From positions 16,182,001 to 16,246,000 of the forward strand of contig OX597837.1 in assembly GCA_951406725.2 (NCBI GenBank): 64,000 nt of DNA, read 5' to 3'. Origin of the DNA: Octopus vulgaris. Taxonomy: Eukaryota. Below the pieces are notes generated by a model. The model ran no database searches. It saw only the letters and a program-made list of their open reading frames with translations, and had not been told where the DNA came from. Positions 15,707-27,995 of the stretch are shown piece after piece (the first letter of the stretch is position 1; each line of letters begins with the position of its first letter). The translations under genes and the position numbers were made by a program.

Positions 15707-16164
15707 GTGGTGGTGGTGGTGGTGGTGGTGGTGGTGGCTTTGGCGGCAGCAGATGTAGCAGCGACCACAACAACAGCAGCAACATCAACCTTATTCTTCA
15801 TTTCCTCGACGAGATATGACGTTACAGGTGAATTATTTTCAGAAATATTAGCCTTCAGATATTTGAAGAAAATATTAAAGGTGAAATATTAAAAAAGTAA
15901 TTAAAAATAATAAAAAATTAAATAAATGAATAAATGCATAAACGGAACTGTGATTGTGATCGATTTCAACGTCAATGGCGATCGATTGGTTTGCTTTCCT
16001 TGGGAAATCTCAAAAGAGTTGCGTTCAAAATATGTCAGCTTGTCTAACGCTGAAGAAATTCTCTCCGTTTTCATGGATGGCTTTGTTTCGTTTTTGTTTA
16101 GTTTTACTTTTAATGGAATTAATTTTGATAACACAAAATCTAAATTCACATTAACGACTGCGAT

Positions 16165-16590
16165 TATGTGGCGGTGGTAAGAGGCTTGTTTCCCAACCGC
16201 ATGGTTCCGGTTTCAGTCCCATTGCGTGGCACTTTCCGCAAGTGCCTTCTACTGTGTGCTGACCAAAGCCTTGTGAGTGAATTTGCTAGACGGAAACTGA
16301 AAGAAGCCCGTCGATATATGTATGAGTGCGTGTGTATATGTGTGTGCCTTTATGTCTGTGTATGTCTGTGAGAGTCTTTATGCCTGTTTTTGTCCGCCAT
16401 CACCGCTTGACAGCCGGTGCTGGTGTGTTTACGTCCCCGTAACTTAGTGGTTCGGCAAAATAGACCGACAGAATAAGTACTAGTTTTTAAGAAAAATACT
16501 GAGGTCTATTCATTCGACTACACATTCCTCAGGGCGTTGCCCCAGCATGTCCGCACTCTAATGACTGAAACAAGTAAAAAGAGAAAAGTA
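16165..16590 (+). mobile_element. Full-length SINE family A
   Basis: GTGGTAAGAGGCTTGTTTCCCAACC...GGTTCCGGTTTCAGTCCC...GAAAGAAGCCCGTCG, then microsatellite, then ...ATGACTGAAACAAGTAAAA. Confidence 0.88.
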
Positions 16591-16660
16591 AAAAGATATA
16601 TATACATGTATATAGAATATATATATGTATGTGTGAGGGAGAGAGTGAGAGAGGGTGAAC

Positions 16661-16693
<33 letters not shown>

Positions 16694-16770
16694 AAGATAC
16701 ATTCATATGTGTGTGTGTGTCCGTGTGTATTTATAAAATGACAAGGGGTCAAAATTGTAATGGTTTTTTT

Positions 16771-16931
<161 letters not shown>

Positions 16932-17063
16932 GGGAGTTGAAACGTAAACCATTACTCCGAGTATCTACCTAGCAAACTTCGAAGGATTATAAAAGATAGA
17001 ACCTAAATTTATTAAATGAATGCATTACTATAGAAAAAAATGTTTGGATATTATAGCAATTGC

Positions 17064-17254
17064 TGGTTGGTTGGTTGGTTGATTGGTTGATTGGTTGGTT
17101 GATTGGTTGATTGGTTGGTTGGTTGGTTGATTGGTTGGTTGATTGGTTGATTGGTTGGTTGATTGGTTGATTGGTTGTTTGGTTGGTTGGTTGATTGGTT
17201 GATTGGTTGGTTGATTGGTTGATTGGTTGGTTGATTGGTTGGTTGGTTGGTTGG
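17064..17254. repeat. (GGTT/GATT)n compound microsatellite
   Basis: Direct reading. Confidence 0.95.
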
Positions 17255-17304
17255 CCCAGAATAAGAAATATTATTTGTTAACGTTATGCATCATGAATAT
17301 ATGG

Positions 17305-17540
17305 TTGTTGTTGTCTACTCCTTATGCAGCGTCAGGCCACCTCTTGTACCTATAACTTAGATCCATCATGGCGCCTGATGTGACTTTTTAACCAGACAAT
17401 GTATTGAAAAGACTCCCACATATATTGCAATCCGATTCGGACCGCCAAGAGTTGCAGTGAAGTTCTGATCTTCTGAGGCCTCCGTTGGATTTGCAGACTT
17501 TGTGACATAAATGGCATTGAAAGGTGTTCACAGACATACA
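17305..17540 (-). mobile_element. Probable RTE-like LINE 3' end with C2H2-type finger relics
   Basis: FQCHLCHKVCKSNGGLRR and CNICGSLFNTLSG..KSHIRRH lie in different frames, followed by a short UTR and (caa)n tail. Confidence 0.5.
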
Positions 17541-17587
17541 AGTATGAATATATATACGTATACATACACACATACATACATAAAGAC

Positions 17588-17624
<37 letters not shown>

Positions 17625-17989
17625 TAAAATACGCTACGTGTATTTCTATATATGTATTTATACTTTTTTGTAAGTACGCTTAACCATTTGATGCTGTTGA
17701 ATTTGTTCCATTCCATGTTGCTTACTTTCTAAATTCTTTGACACAGATTGCAGCCATTCTCTTTATCTTTTGGTATTCGAAAGTTCATTCTGTTATTTTC
17801 TCAACTGATGTTTTAATGCGCTTAAATCCAAATGTCCAAATTAATTTAATTTTTTTTTTTTTTTCTCTTTAAGATACGGACTTAAGATTCAACATTCAAG
17901 TCGCTTTACCCAGTCCATTCCCCGATCTTATCTTTGTCAATCGTCACAGCCATTTTCTGCAGGAACTGACCATAGTTCTTTTTACCATC

Positions 17990-18235
17990 TATTCAACGTC
18001 TGTCTGTCTTATTTAAATTCTCCCTTTTCTTTTGCTTCATTTTCCTTTCAAACAATAATAACACTCTTAGATATAACCTGCCCATCTTACTTTTGGGGTG
18101 TAGAGCCCTCTCTACTCTCATCATTCCCCTGGTCTTTCTATCAAGCTCCTTAAGTTCATCACTTTTCTTTTCTGTCACACCAGCACAATACCTTACAGCT
18201 GTATCGACCAAAGTGTTCACAGCCATTATCTTATT
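17990..18235 (-). mobile_element. R4/Dong-type LINE RT fragment
   Basis: AVNT...VRYCAGV...ELKELDRKTRGMMRVERALHPKSKMGRLYL, a post-RT motif of R4/Dong ORFs. Confidence 0.7.
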
Positions 18236-18339
18236 TCTATCTCTTTGTCTTAAACACTAATTTCAGTCCTCCGTTTATACTCCATTGACAACAGCTGTTT
18301 TATTTCCATCTTATCTGGAAATATATTACCAAATGGGTA

Positions 18340-18680
<341 letters not shown>

Positions 18681-18731
18681 AGAACTTTCTAGCCTCTTCA
18701 GCATTAGGTTTCTCATCTTCAGTACTTTCTA

Positions 18732-18791
<60 letters not shown>

Positions 18792-18814
18792 CATTATTAT
18801 TATTATTATTTTTA

Positions 18815-18943
<129 letters not shown>

Positions 18944-20279
18944 AAATCGATCAGAAAGGTTCACTCAATTTCGGTTCTGTAAAATTACGAAATGCTTTCA
19001 AAGTTTTCACTAGAATTGGAATCTGTTTGTTTTTTGTCATTTACATTGAAGTTCGCTTTCGTTTGCTGCCTTTTACTTATATTTTCCCCGCATCAGAAGG
19101 GAAGTGTCAGTTCTTAAATTTATTTATTTATTTTTGTTTTGTAAATTGTTTGGTTTTACTAAAAAGAAAAAAAATAGACGTTTGCGAAAAAATAATAATA
19201 TTCACCACTTCAGAAATGTAAGACGGATGGAGTAAAAAAAAGTGTTTAAATGAAAAAGGAAAGTGATGGAGCGATGCTTACGTCAAACAATTGGTAACCA
19301 CGGTAACAAGAGACGACGTCAGAGAAGAAAACATGCCTGTGTTGTCTGCTTGTGATTTGGAAGGGGGCAAAAATCAACAACAATAACAACGACGACCGAG
19401 ATGACGGTGACACCAATAACAACAACAACATCAACAATAAGCACAACGACAAGAAGAAAAAGAATAACAACGAAACCAGAACGAAAATTTCGTTTGCTGT
19501 GATAATCCGCAGAGTAGATTCGATCGCAAAGAAGGATTTGTTGAAAAATGCAAATGTGAGATTGCAGACTGGGGATTGATAAAACTCGCAACTACTGAGA
19601 TACAAAATATCCCTTAGAATATAGTTTTTTTTTTTTAAAGCCCCATTGTCAATAAGTGCATAGACAGAAAAGAAAGACAACAGCAGAATCCCATTCCAGC
19701 ACAAAGTAGAAAATGCCTGCAGGAAGCGTGGTCCTGAGTAAGATATATTTCACGAGCAGGAGGCAGTTGTAACTGCTTGCAACAGGAAGTCGGGTCTGTT
19801 GCTGCTGATACTTGTCGAATGAGCTTATCTTCATCCCATTATACCAACGAAGGGAGACAAAAATACAGGTTACCAACGTGTTACCTCACAGAGACTAAGC
19901 CAGAGAAGTGCCAATGATGCAGGAGCAGAGAGAGAGGGGGTAAGGAAATGAAGTCTATTTTCCAACAAAATAAAACAAGTATGACTCTGGAGTTCCAAGT
20001 GTTGGTGGCAGCCAGAGACTTAGCGGAGATCCTGAGCCACTTCCAGCTCAAATACTGCAAGCAAATGCGAGCAGAGAGCTTCAGGCCATTGCTACAATGA
20101 ACACCGAAACAAAATCGACAGAAGCAAACGCAACAAAAGAAAAAGCAACAAAAATCAAACAAGACTCAGGAGCAAGTTTCCTCACTGTCCTCTCCCTCTC
20201 TCTTTCTCCCTCTCCCTCCCTCTCTATTTATCTATCTGTCTGTCTTTCTCTTCCTCTCTTCCACGTTTTGGCATTGGAG

Positions 20280-21625
20280 TGATTGCAACAGAGGATGGAG
20301 CCTCTGGAGGGTGTCCCACTGTCACTTTCAGCGATAAAAGCGGTCGACGCTTCCCTAGAAGAATGCCAAGTGCACAGGAGAAAGTACATCAATGGGGAAA
20401 ACTCTGTAGACTCGCAACTCAGTCGGTGGAGACAAACCCATGCCGGCTAATATTGATTTCTGTCGTTGGACCGAGATTTCGGTGAAGATACAAGAGATTT
20501 AGTTCGGTTCAGACCTCCAGGTGGATAAAAACTGAAAACATTTTACGAGTAACGAAGTCACCCTTACTCGTAAATTGACCTGACCGTTGTATCTTGTCCA
20601 AAGAGCCATTTAACCAGAGTTGAGCACATGTCTTCTGTTTCTTGTGGAAGGAACAGATTCTACTAATCAGGATTTTTATCTACAGCCAACAGCCGTTCAG
20701 TGGGGAGTCTCGGGATGCCGTCGTTAATAATATACAGGTATGCAGGACCGAAATATTAGGACCACTGCAACGGTGATGACGATGGCGGAAACAAAAGAAC
20801 ATTAATATGGTTGCCCTTCGTATAACATATGTTTCCGCAGTTTGTGCCTTTGACTGGACTATAATCATGGGTTAAACTTAGACCGAGATCTGGCATTTGG
20901 CAGCAAGATGCTGCCAGGCACTCACCGCATTCTATCAGCTGGACAACGCCATCGGCAGCAAAAGTGACTCTCACATTCTATAAAGGGTTTGTGGAGGGTA
21001 TAAACGACGGTATTCAGGCAATGGCTCTGAGTGTTGACAAGAACAGTCTAAGCGATCTTTTCCGAAGAACTTTCAAGCTGAGCACTATGGACAACTTTTA
21101 AAAGTCTTTGGCATAGCAGTGCTAAAGGGGTAAATTACTTGTGCGAGACAATTTCTATAGGTACGGAAGTGCCAACAGCCGAACCTGTCCGAGACGCCCG
21201 TAGACTAACGAAACTTTCCTGTAAGCTACCATTCAATGTCCGTGCATTGACGATTTGTGGGTTTCTGTCAAACAGCTGCCGATGGGTATAGGACGAATTC
21301 TGCTGTTAATGAAGTCTATAGTGAGAATAGACGGTTCACCTTCTTTTGGCAAGGAAGGCGGGTAGTTTAGTCTTCTTATAGAGATATGGTAAAAGATGTA
21401 GTGTGGTGGACTCGTCTGAAAGACTTGCAGACGGGCATTTTCCTCTTTGGTCAAGCTCTCATCATCTTCTTCGAGTATCACTTGAAGAGGTCAGTGAAGG
21501 TAGCATGGGAAGCGCTGCCTTCTAGTGTATTCGATGGAAGACGGTGAGAGTGGTGAGAGTGGTGAGGGTGGTGAGGGTGGTGAGGGTGGTGACTTAATGA
21601 GTTCACTTTGAGTATATTTTTCTAA
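20280..21625 (+). mobile_element. Decayed Tx1/L1-clade LINE, ORF2 3' part
   Basis: Interrupted motifs FGSDLQVDKN*, LTVVSCP, GSLGMP, FYKGFVEG, MDNF*KSLA*QC, VRDNFYRYG, TCPR..NET...IQCP (zinc knuckle), WWTRLK and FFEYHLKR. Confidence 0.85.
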
Positions 21626-21769
21626 ACAGGAAGAAGAAAGCGGGAGGAGGGCACTTTTGATGCCTTAAATATAACAAAATAAACCAGGCTTTTGTGTAAA
21701 GTTTCTCCCACGAATTGCCGGACGCGATCTGCGTCCTTATTGAGGAACTTTTGGTGCCATCTTTTATTT

Positions 21770-21968
21770 TTATCTTTTACCGATAACTAGTTTCAATCAT
21801 TGGACTACGGCCAGGCTACGGCACCTCCTTGAAATCTAGCATATTGACCCCAGCACTTATTTTTAAAATCTGATATTTATTCTGTCGGTCTCCTTTGCTG
21901 ATAAGTTGTGGGTAGTGTAAACCAACCAATACCACTTGTCAAGTGATGAGTGGGGTATAAATACTTTC

Positions 21969-22008
<40 letters not shown>

Positions 22009-22170
22009 GACGAGCTTCCACATAGTTTCCATCTGCCAGATTCACTCACACGGCATTGGTCGGCCCAAGGCTATTGTAGAAGATACTTGCGCAAGATGCC
22101 GCGCTGTGGGAGTGAACCCGAAACCACATGGTTGCAAAACGAGCTTCTTAACCATTCAGCCATGCTTGCA
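21770..22170 (-). mobile_element. Full-length SINE family A
   Basis: Same head and tail as 16165-16590, in reverse orientation. Confidence 0.85.
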
Positions 22171-22694
22171 CCTCGTATTATTGTTAAACGGGTTTAAATT
22201 ATTATTATTGTTGTTGTTATTGTTCCTATTTGATGTCAATTGAAATATAATGACATAAAACAATTGTTTCTCTGAGATATTAATTCCTACCAGAGAAAGG
22301 GAAGAGGCCCCACAATAGGAAAACATTGAGGAAGAAGAATGAGAGAGAGAGAGGGAGAAAGGGTGAGAGATTGGGGAAGGAAAAGAGAAAGGAAAAGGAG
22401 AGGAGAGATAAGGGAGGGAGAGAGTGGTGAGAAAAAAGGTTCCCACTAAAGACATACTGATACCATCGTAGGCCTTACTGTTTTAGACCCTTGCTTTATC
22501 CTTCCGGGTTCAATAAAATAAAGGAGCAATGAAATACTGAAGTCGATGTAATCAACTCACCCCCACCCCTTAAGAAATTGCTGGTTTTGCGCCAAAATTT
22601 GAAATAATTGTTATTAAAAGCACGTCATAAAAATAAAACTACTGAATAATAATAATGATAATAACAACAACAACAACAACAACAACAATAATAA

Positions 22695-23045
22695 TAATGG
22701 TTTCAAATTTTGGAACAAGGCCAGCAATTTCGGGAAGGGGATAAGTCGATTACATCCACCTCCACCCTAACCCCGTGCTAAGCTGGTACTTATTTTATGG
22801 GAAAGGCAAAGTCGAATTCGAGGAAATTTCAGTTCGGAGCGTAACCCTCTGCCCTCCGAAAAGTACAGATAAACATTTTGTCCCGGGCGTTAACAATTCT
22901 CACAACTCACCTCCTTTAAAATCCTTTCTTTCAAACTTTTATCGATTCCGAAAATAATGAAAGTCAAAGTCAACTTTAGAACGTAAACAACCGGAAAATT
23001 TACCGCAAAGCATTTCCCCCGACCATTGAACGATTCTGCCATCTC
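22695..23045 (-). mobile_element. Two decayed copies of SINE family B
   Basis: Reverse-complement similarity to 23290-23505 (gtcgattacat, ggtacttatttt, gaaaggcaaagtcga, aacgattctgcca). Confidence 0.65.
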
Positions 23046-23118
23046 ACACCCGAAATTGCTGACCATCTGCCAAAATTTGAAATTTTGTTATTAGTATTAT
23101 TATTGTTGTTGATGTTGT

Positions 23119-23287
<169 letters not shown>

Positions 23288-23289
23288 TA

Positions 23290-23505
23290 AGGCGGCAAGC
23301 TGGCAGAATCGTTAGCACGCCAGGCGAAATGCTTAGCGCTATTTCGTCTGCCGCTACGTCTGGGTTCAAATTCCGCCGAGGTCGACTTTGCATTTTATCC
23401 TTTCGAGGTCGATTAAATAAGTACCAGTTATTTACTGGGATCGATGTAATCAACTTGGCCCCTCCCCGCAAATTTCAGGTCCTGTGCCTATAATAGAAAG
23501 GATTA
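23290..23505 (+). mobile_element. tRNA-derived SINE family B, well preserved
   Basis: GGCGGCAAGCTGGCAGAATCGTTAGC...GGGTTCAAATTCCGCC (A/B boxes) ...gtgcctataatagaaaggatt, inserted after (TTA)n. Confidence 0.88.
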
Positions 23506-24060
23506 CTATTAATATTAACTACAAAATCACCCACAATTATTAATAACTGTCGACGGAAACAATGACAGTAAAACACTGCGGCGACGGCGGTGATGATGAT
23601 GGTGGTGGTGGGTGAATTGTAGTGGGTAGAGGTGTCAATGGAAGAACAAAGACAACTCAAGACTTTAGTGATTGTATGTTGTCGTCGTGCACGGTAGATA
23701 TCGAAAACGAGGCCCATGTGCACGAGGTGACCGCTGCTCTTCAAAATGAATGCCCAAGCTTGCAGTTAAAAAAGACTGTTTTCTTTAAGACTTGCAGAGA
23801 TTTTCTTGATGTTTTCTTCTCCGGCTGAAAGATTCGTGCGAGTAAACAAGGAGTTTGAGACAGATTAAGGAAGTTTCCGTTCGACATTCTACAATCAGCA
23901 AATGGTTCCCAAAAGATTCGCGGCGCCCATTTTGTATCTTGTAAATGCGTAAAACTATTCAAACCAAATAAGAACAACATATTTATTTTCTATGAGGAAT
24001 AAAGCAATAAAGAAGTGAATAAACGTCTTAAAATATATACCTGCTTGTGTGTGTGTGTGT

Positions 24061-24095
<35 letters not shown>

Positions 24096-24982
24096 TTTTT
24101 AGTATATCTAGAAAAATAGAATAAATTGGGAGCGAGATTAGTAAAACGATATCAAAAAATATTTATATTTTTTTGTTGACACGAGTTTAAAATGAAGGAA
24201 TGTTTGTGCGCGTTTCTTTAAGAAATGCTGAACAAATGAAATGAATCTTTGGAAAAAAGATGAGTTGCTTTCTTTCATTTTATTCTGACTGCTATTATTG
24301 TGTTTTCGTTCTTGGTTTTATGTTCTACGATTTTACACAGTCACACACACACATATATATGTATGCATATGTGTGTATGTATGTACATACACACACACAC
24401 ACACACACACACATACATACATATACATACATACATATATGTGTGTGTGCATGCATGCATGTAGGTATGTATGTTTGTATGTGTGTTGCACATTTCCGAG
24501 ACGTTGATAGAAAATGGTAGAAGACGTCTGAGACAAAGGTTGGTGGAATGGGAATGGCAGACAACAATGAGCGACAGTTGATAGATTGAATGGAACGACA
24601 AGTAAAAGAGTTGGTGACTCTCAAACTCGGTGCAGCTTAAACTTCGCTCAGAATACGAAAACAGTTTCTTTGTCTGAGCCATTGATTGTTGGCTCATCTC
24701 TGTTCGTTGTTATTCCAAATGGTGTTGTTGTCGCTGCTGCTGCTGCTGTTCGCGTTCATTTTGTCTTTGGTGATGATGATGATGATGATGGCGACGACAA
24801 CGACGATGACAGGGTGATGCTGTTGGCAGTGATGGCAGCGACGGTGGTGACAGAGGTGATAATGGTGGTGGTGGATAGGATGGTAAAGAGGGTATGATGT
24901 GTTGACAACGATGGCGACGGCAGCGGTGGGGATAAAGTCGGCTGCTGCGGCAACGGCGGTAGAGGCATCGGCGGCAGCTCCG

Positions 24983-25045
<63 letters not shown>

Positions 25046-25289
25046 CGGTAGTTGTAGTGATGATGGCGGTGGCGGTGGTGGTGACAAAGTCAAACATTAA
25101 TGTTGATTAGATCCTGCTCAGCCCTAATCGAATAGACCAATAGACATTTGATACAAGATATTCCAACCATGACCTCCCCGTCTTTTCCCAAACTATTGGG
25201 AACTTAGGACCGCATTATTTAATCTATCTTTGTGAGGATTTGAGGAGGATTGAGCTGCTATATCTAGCTGGTAAAACTTGTTAGTGATC

Positions 25290-25800
25290 GCCCTGACCGC
25301 TCTATCAATCAGGCGACCAGATGTCCTTCTCCATCGCTGGTCACAGTGCGCTTCTATTCTTCCGTTGTCTCCTTCTCTTCTATTTCGACCCCCAAAGTTT
25401 CCCTTGTGGTCTTATTCCAATTGCTTGCATATTACTCAACAACTGTATGGGTCCACCTGTTATCTGTGAACCTTGCCTCATGTGCCGTTCAGTTAAAAGG
25501 ATTCTTTCGAAATACCACGATCACATCGTATATTCCACTTTGTTCTGGAACTTCTTCGTTTCGGAAACGTTCCCGAAAAGATATTCCAAGCATGGAACTT
25601 TCTGTGGTCTTCTGTGTCGCAACCAGTCGTCGTTCTTCCTACATCTTTTTGCATCAGACGATACTATGGATGAGATTGGCACAGAGGACATTGTCCAGCT
25701 CTGCTGTGAGCCTGTCTTTAATCGAGCAAAATGCCCTCCGCCCAGTGCTTCTCTGGACGAGATTTCAGCGGAACGTTTGATCGTGAGTCTCACATTGTCG
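25290..25800 (-). mobile_element. RTE-clade LINE 3' fragment
   Basis: Frameshifted LGISFRERFRNEEV, GHM and TDNRWT..VVE...RPQG, the typical RTE C-terminus. Confidence 0.65.
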
Positions 25801-26779
25801 TGATTGTTGTCGTTATTGTGGTTGTCAGCGATGATCTCTGGTGTGGGTGATGATGGTCATGTATGGATTGGATGGTGGAAGTAGTGATATTACGTTTCTT
25901 ATTGCTTAGGTCAGTGCGTTTTGTTTCCCTTTTTTGTGTTTTTACGTTGATATGAAACATTTTTCACTAGTCACGCGCTTCGAATTCTATCAACTCGCTC
26001 TGTACAGGGAATTCGGTACGTTGTGTGGTTGACGATGCACAGACATTCGCTGGAGTTATGGTACCACAAAAGCATTCCATGAGCGTGAGTAGATGAGGTC
26101 ATTTTTTGGCAGATACGTTTTTTCACATTTCGGCTCTTTGATGGAACTGTAACTTTGTATCACCGAATACCAAGACCGGGCATCAGACATCGAATAATGT
26201 TAACAGCCACCCACAGCTCCCAACCAACCAGACAACACGCCTGGTGGAACATCCATGTTAACATTCTCCCATTGAGGATTTGTGGAAGAGAAGAGAGACA
26301 ACGTTCTTAGGGAATGTTTCAACAAGAATCAACAAATGCTATGTTTCTAAGGGTTTTTGGCCTCGAGAACTGTGGAATAACTTCAAGAAATTAATACAAC
26401 AGATACGTATAGTCGATTTAAGCCAAACTCTCCAAACGTAGGAATACTGTCAGTCTGGTATATTCGTGTTGTGCACAAATACGAATTTTATTATTATAAC
26501 TATTACTATAATTATAATATTGTAAATTTTATATTTATATCTAGCCACAAATAATGCGTGGTTATAGTAATTTTGATTTTGTTTAAATATATCCCCATTA
26601 GTCGAAAGTCTCGAAATCCGAGTAAATATATATTTTAATGAAAGAATTTATTATACTCCTTGAATGATTTGAATGTTTTGAATTTACATGTCTTTTGCAC
26701 ACATTAGGCTTATGATGGGTTGATGTAGTTCATTCCTTAAATCAAAAGTAAGGTCAAGGAAGTTAACCCTAGCAATGTC

Positions 26780-27860
26780 ATTTTCTATGGCGACAGAGAG
26801 ACCAAGACACTCAAAGAATTTGAAAAGACTTTTTTCTCCCACGCAAGGACGGTGGCCGTGGTCTCAAGCCTGTATCGATGTCATATGAAGCACAGATTGT
26901 GACAGTGAGCGAACGTCTGCAGCAGAGGAAAGATACCAGTAATTATCTTAATCAAGTTTGTGACCATGAAAGCAACAACATAATAAGGATCGATAATGAA
27001 GTTGAAGAGAGGAATGGAATAAGTGCTGATGCAAATCTCTCCTCAAGGAACTTTGGTAAAATCTATTTATCAGAGCAACAGAAAAGAACAGACTCGTTCA
27101 CTGAGAAGCTAGTATCTGGTTACTTGGCACATAAAACACAAACCATAGAAGGGAATGATCATGTCAAAAGCTTGGCATGGAGTACCGACATCCCACTTTG
27201 AAGGCTACATCTCTGCAATCCAAGAACAAAGGGTCCTCACCAAGTACTTACAGCACAAAAAGGCAGAAAACGTCAGCAGACAAGAAATATAGGCTTTGCG
27301 AGATCAAGACTGAAGACCTCAACCACATTATTGCCAACTATGAGAGAATGTCTTCCAGATATTATCTTCTTACGAAGTATGATACGGTGACCACAACAGT
27401 CTGTAAAAAGAATAATAGAAATGAAAATACCTACAAACGAAGTTGACCATATTGAGACCGATAGGTCAAAAGAATATTGGTAAAACTTGAAAATTAAAAC
27501 AGCCGCCAGTTTAAAATGCAACCGGTCAGATATCGTTGTGTAGGACCACAAAGAAAAGATGTGTTCTGTAATGGAAATTATCTGCCCTCTGGACACGAAT
27601 GTGGTTAGAAATATACAAGAGAAAGAGGACATCTGTGGACCACTGATGGGGTGTTTGCAAATCCAGGAGCCAAGATACAATTTCAGCTTCATATCTATTA
27701 TTATCGGAGCAACAGGATACATACCGACCAGTCTGGAGCAGAGTATGGCCGAACTTGGAATTTAGGGAAGAGAATACAAATCCTTAATTCATAAGCTACA
27801 AATGGTGGCGATATCTGGGACTAGAAAAACTGCGAAGAGTTTCTTAAGATTTAAAGGATG
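26780..27860 (+). mobile_element. Decayed R4/Dong-type LINE C-terminal region (zinc knuckle and RLE)
   Basis: LFLPRKDGGRGLK; YRLC..EDLNHII; KEYW*N..IKT...CNRSDIVV*D; EIICPLDTN...KEDICG...IIIGATG. Confidence 0.82.
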
Positions 27861-27876
27861 ATGGTTAAAACAAGGT

Positions 27877-27911
<35 letters not shown>

Positions 27912-27912
27912 T

Positions 27913-27995
<83 letters not shown>

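Noticed and set aside
17350-17540. C2H2 zinc-finger gene exon
   Set aside because: It is frameshifted, lacks TGEKP linkers and is followed by a retroposon-like tail, so a LINE C-terminus explains it better.
21233-21481. Minus-strand 82-aa ORF that looks like a complex protein
   Set aside because: It is the antisense of the plus-strand Tx1 LINE relic.
23290-23380. tRNA genes at SINE heads
   Set aside because: A/B boxes are present, but there is no cloverleaf and the heads continue into SINE bodies.
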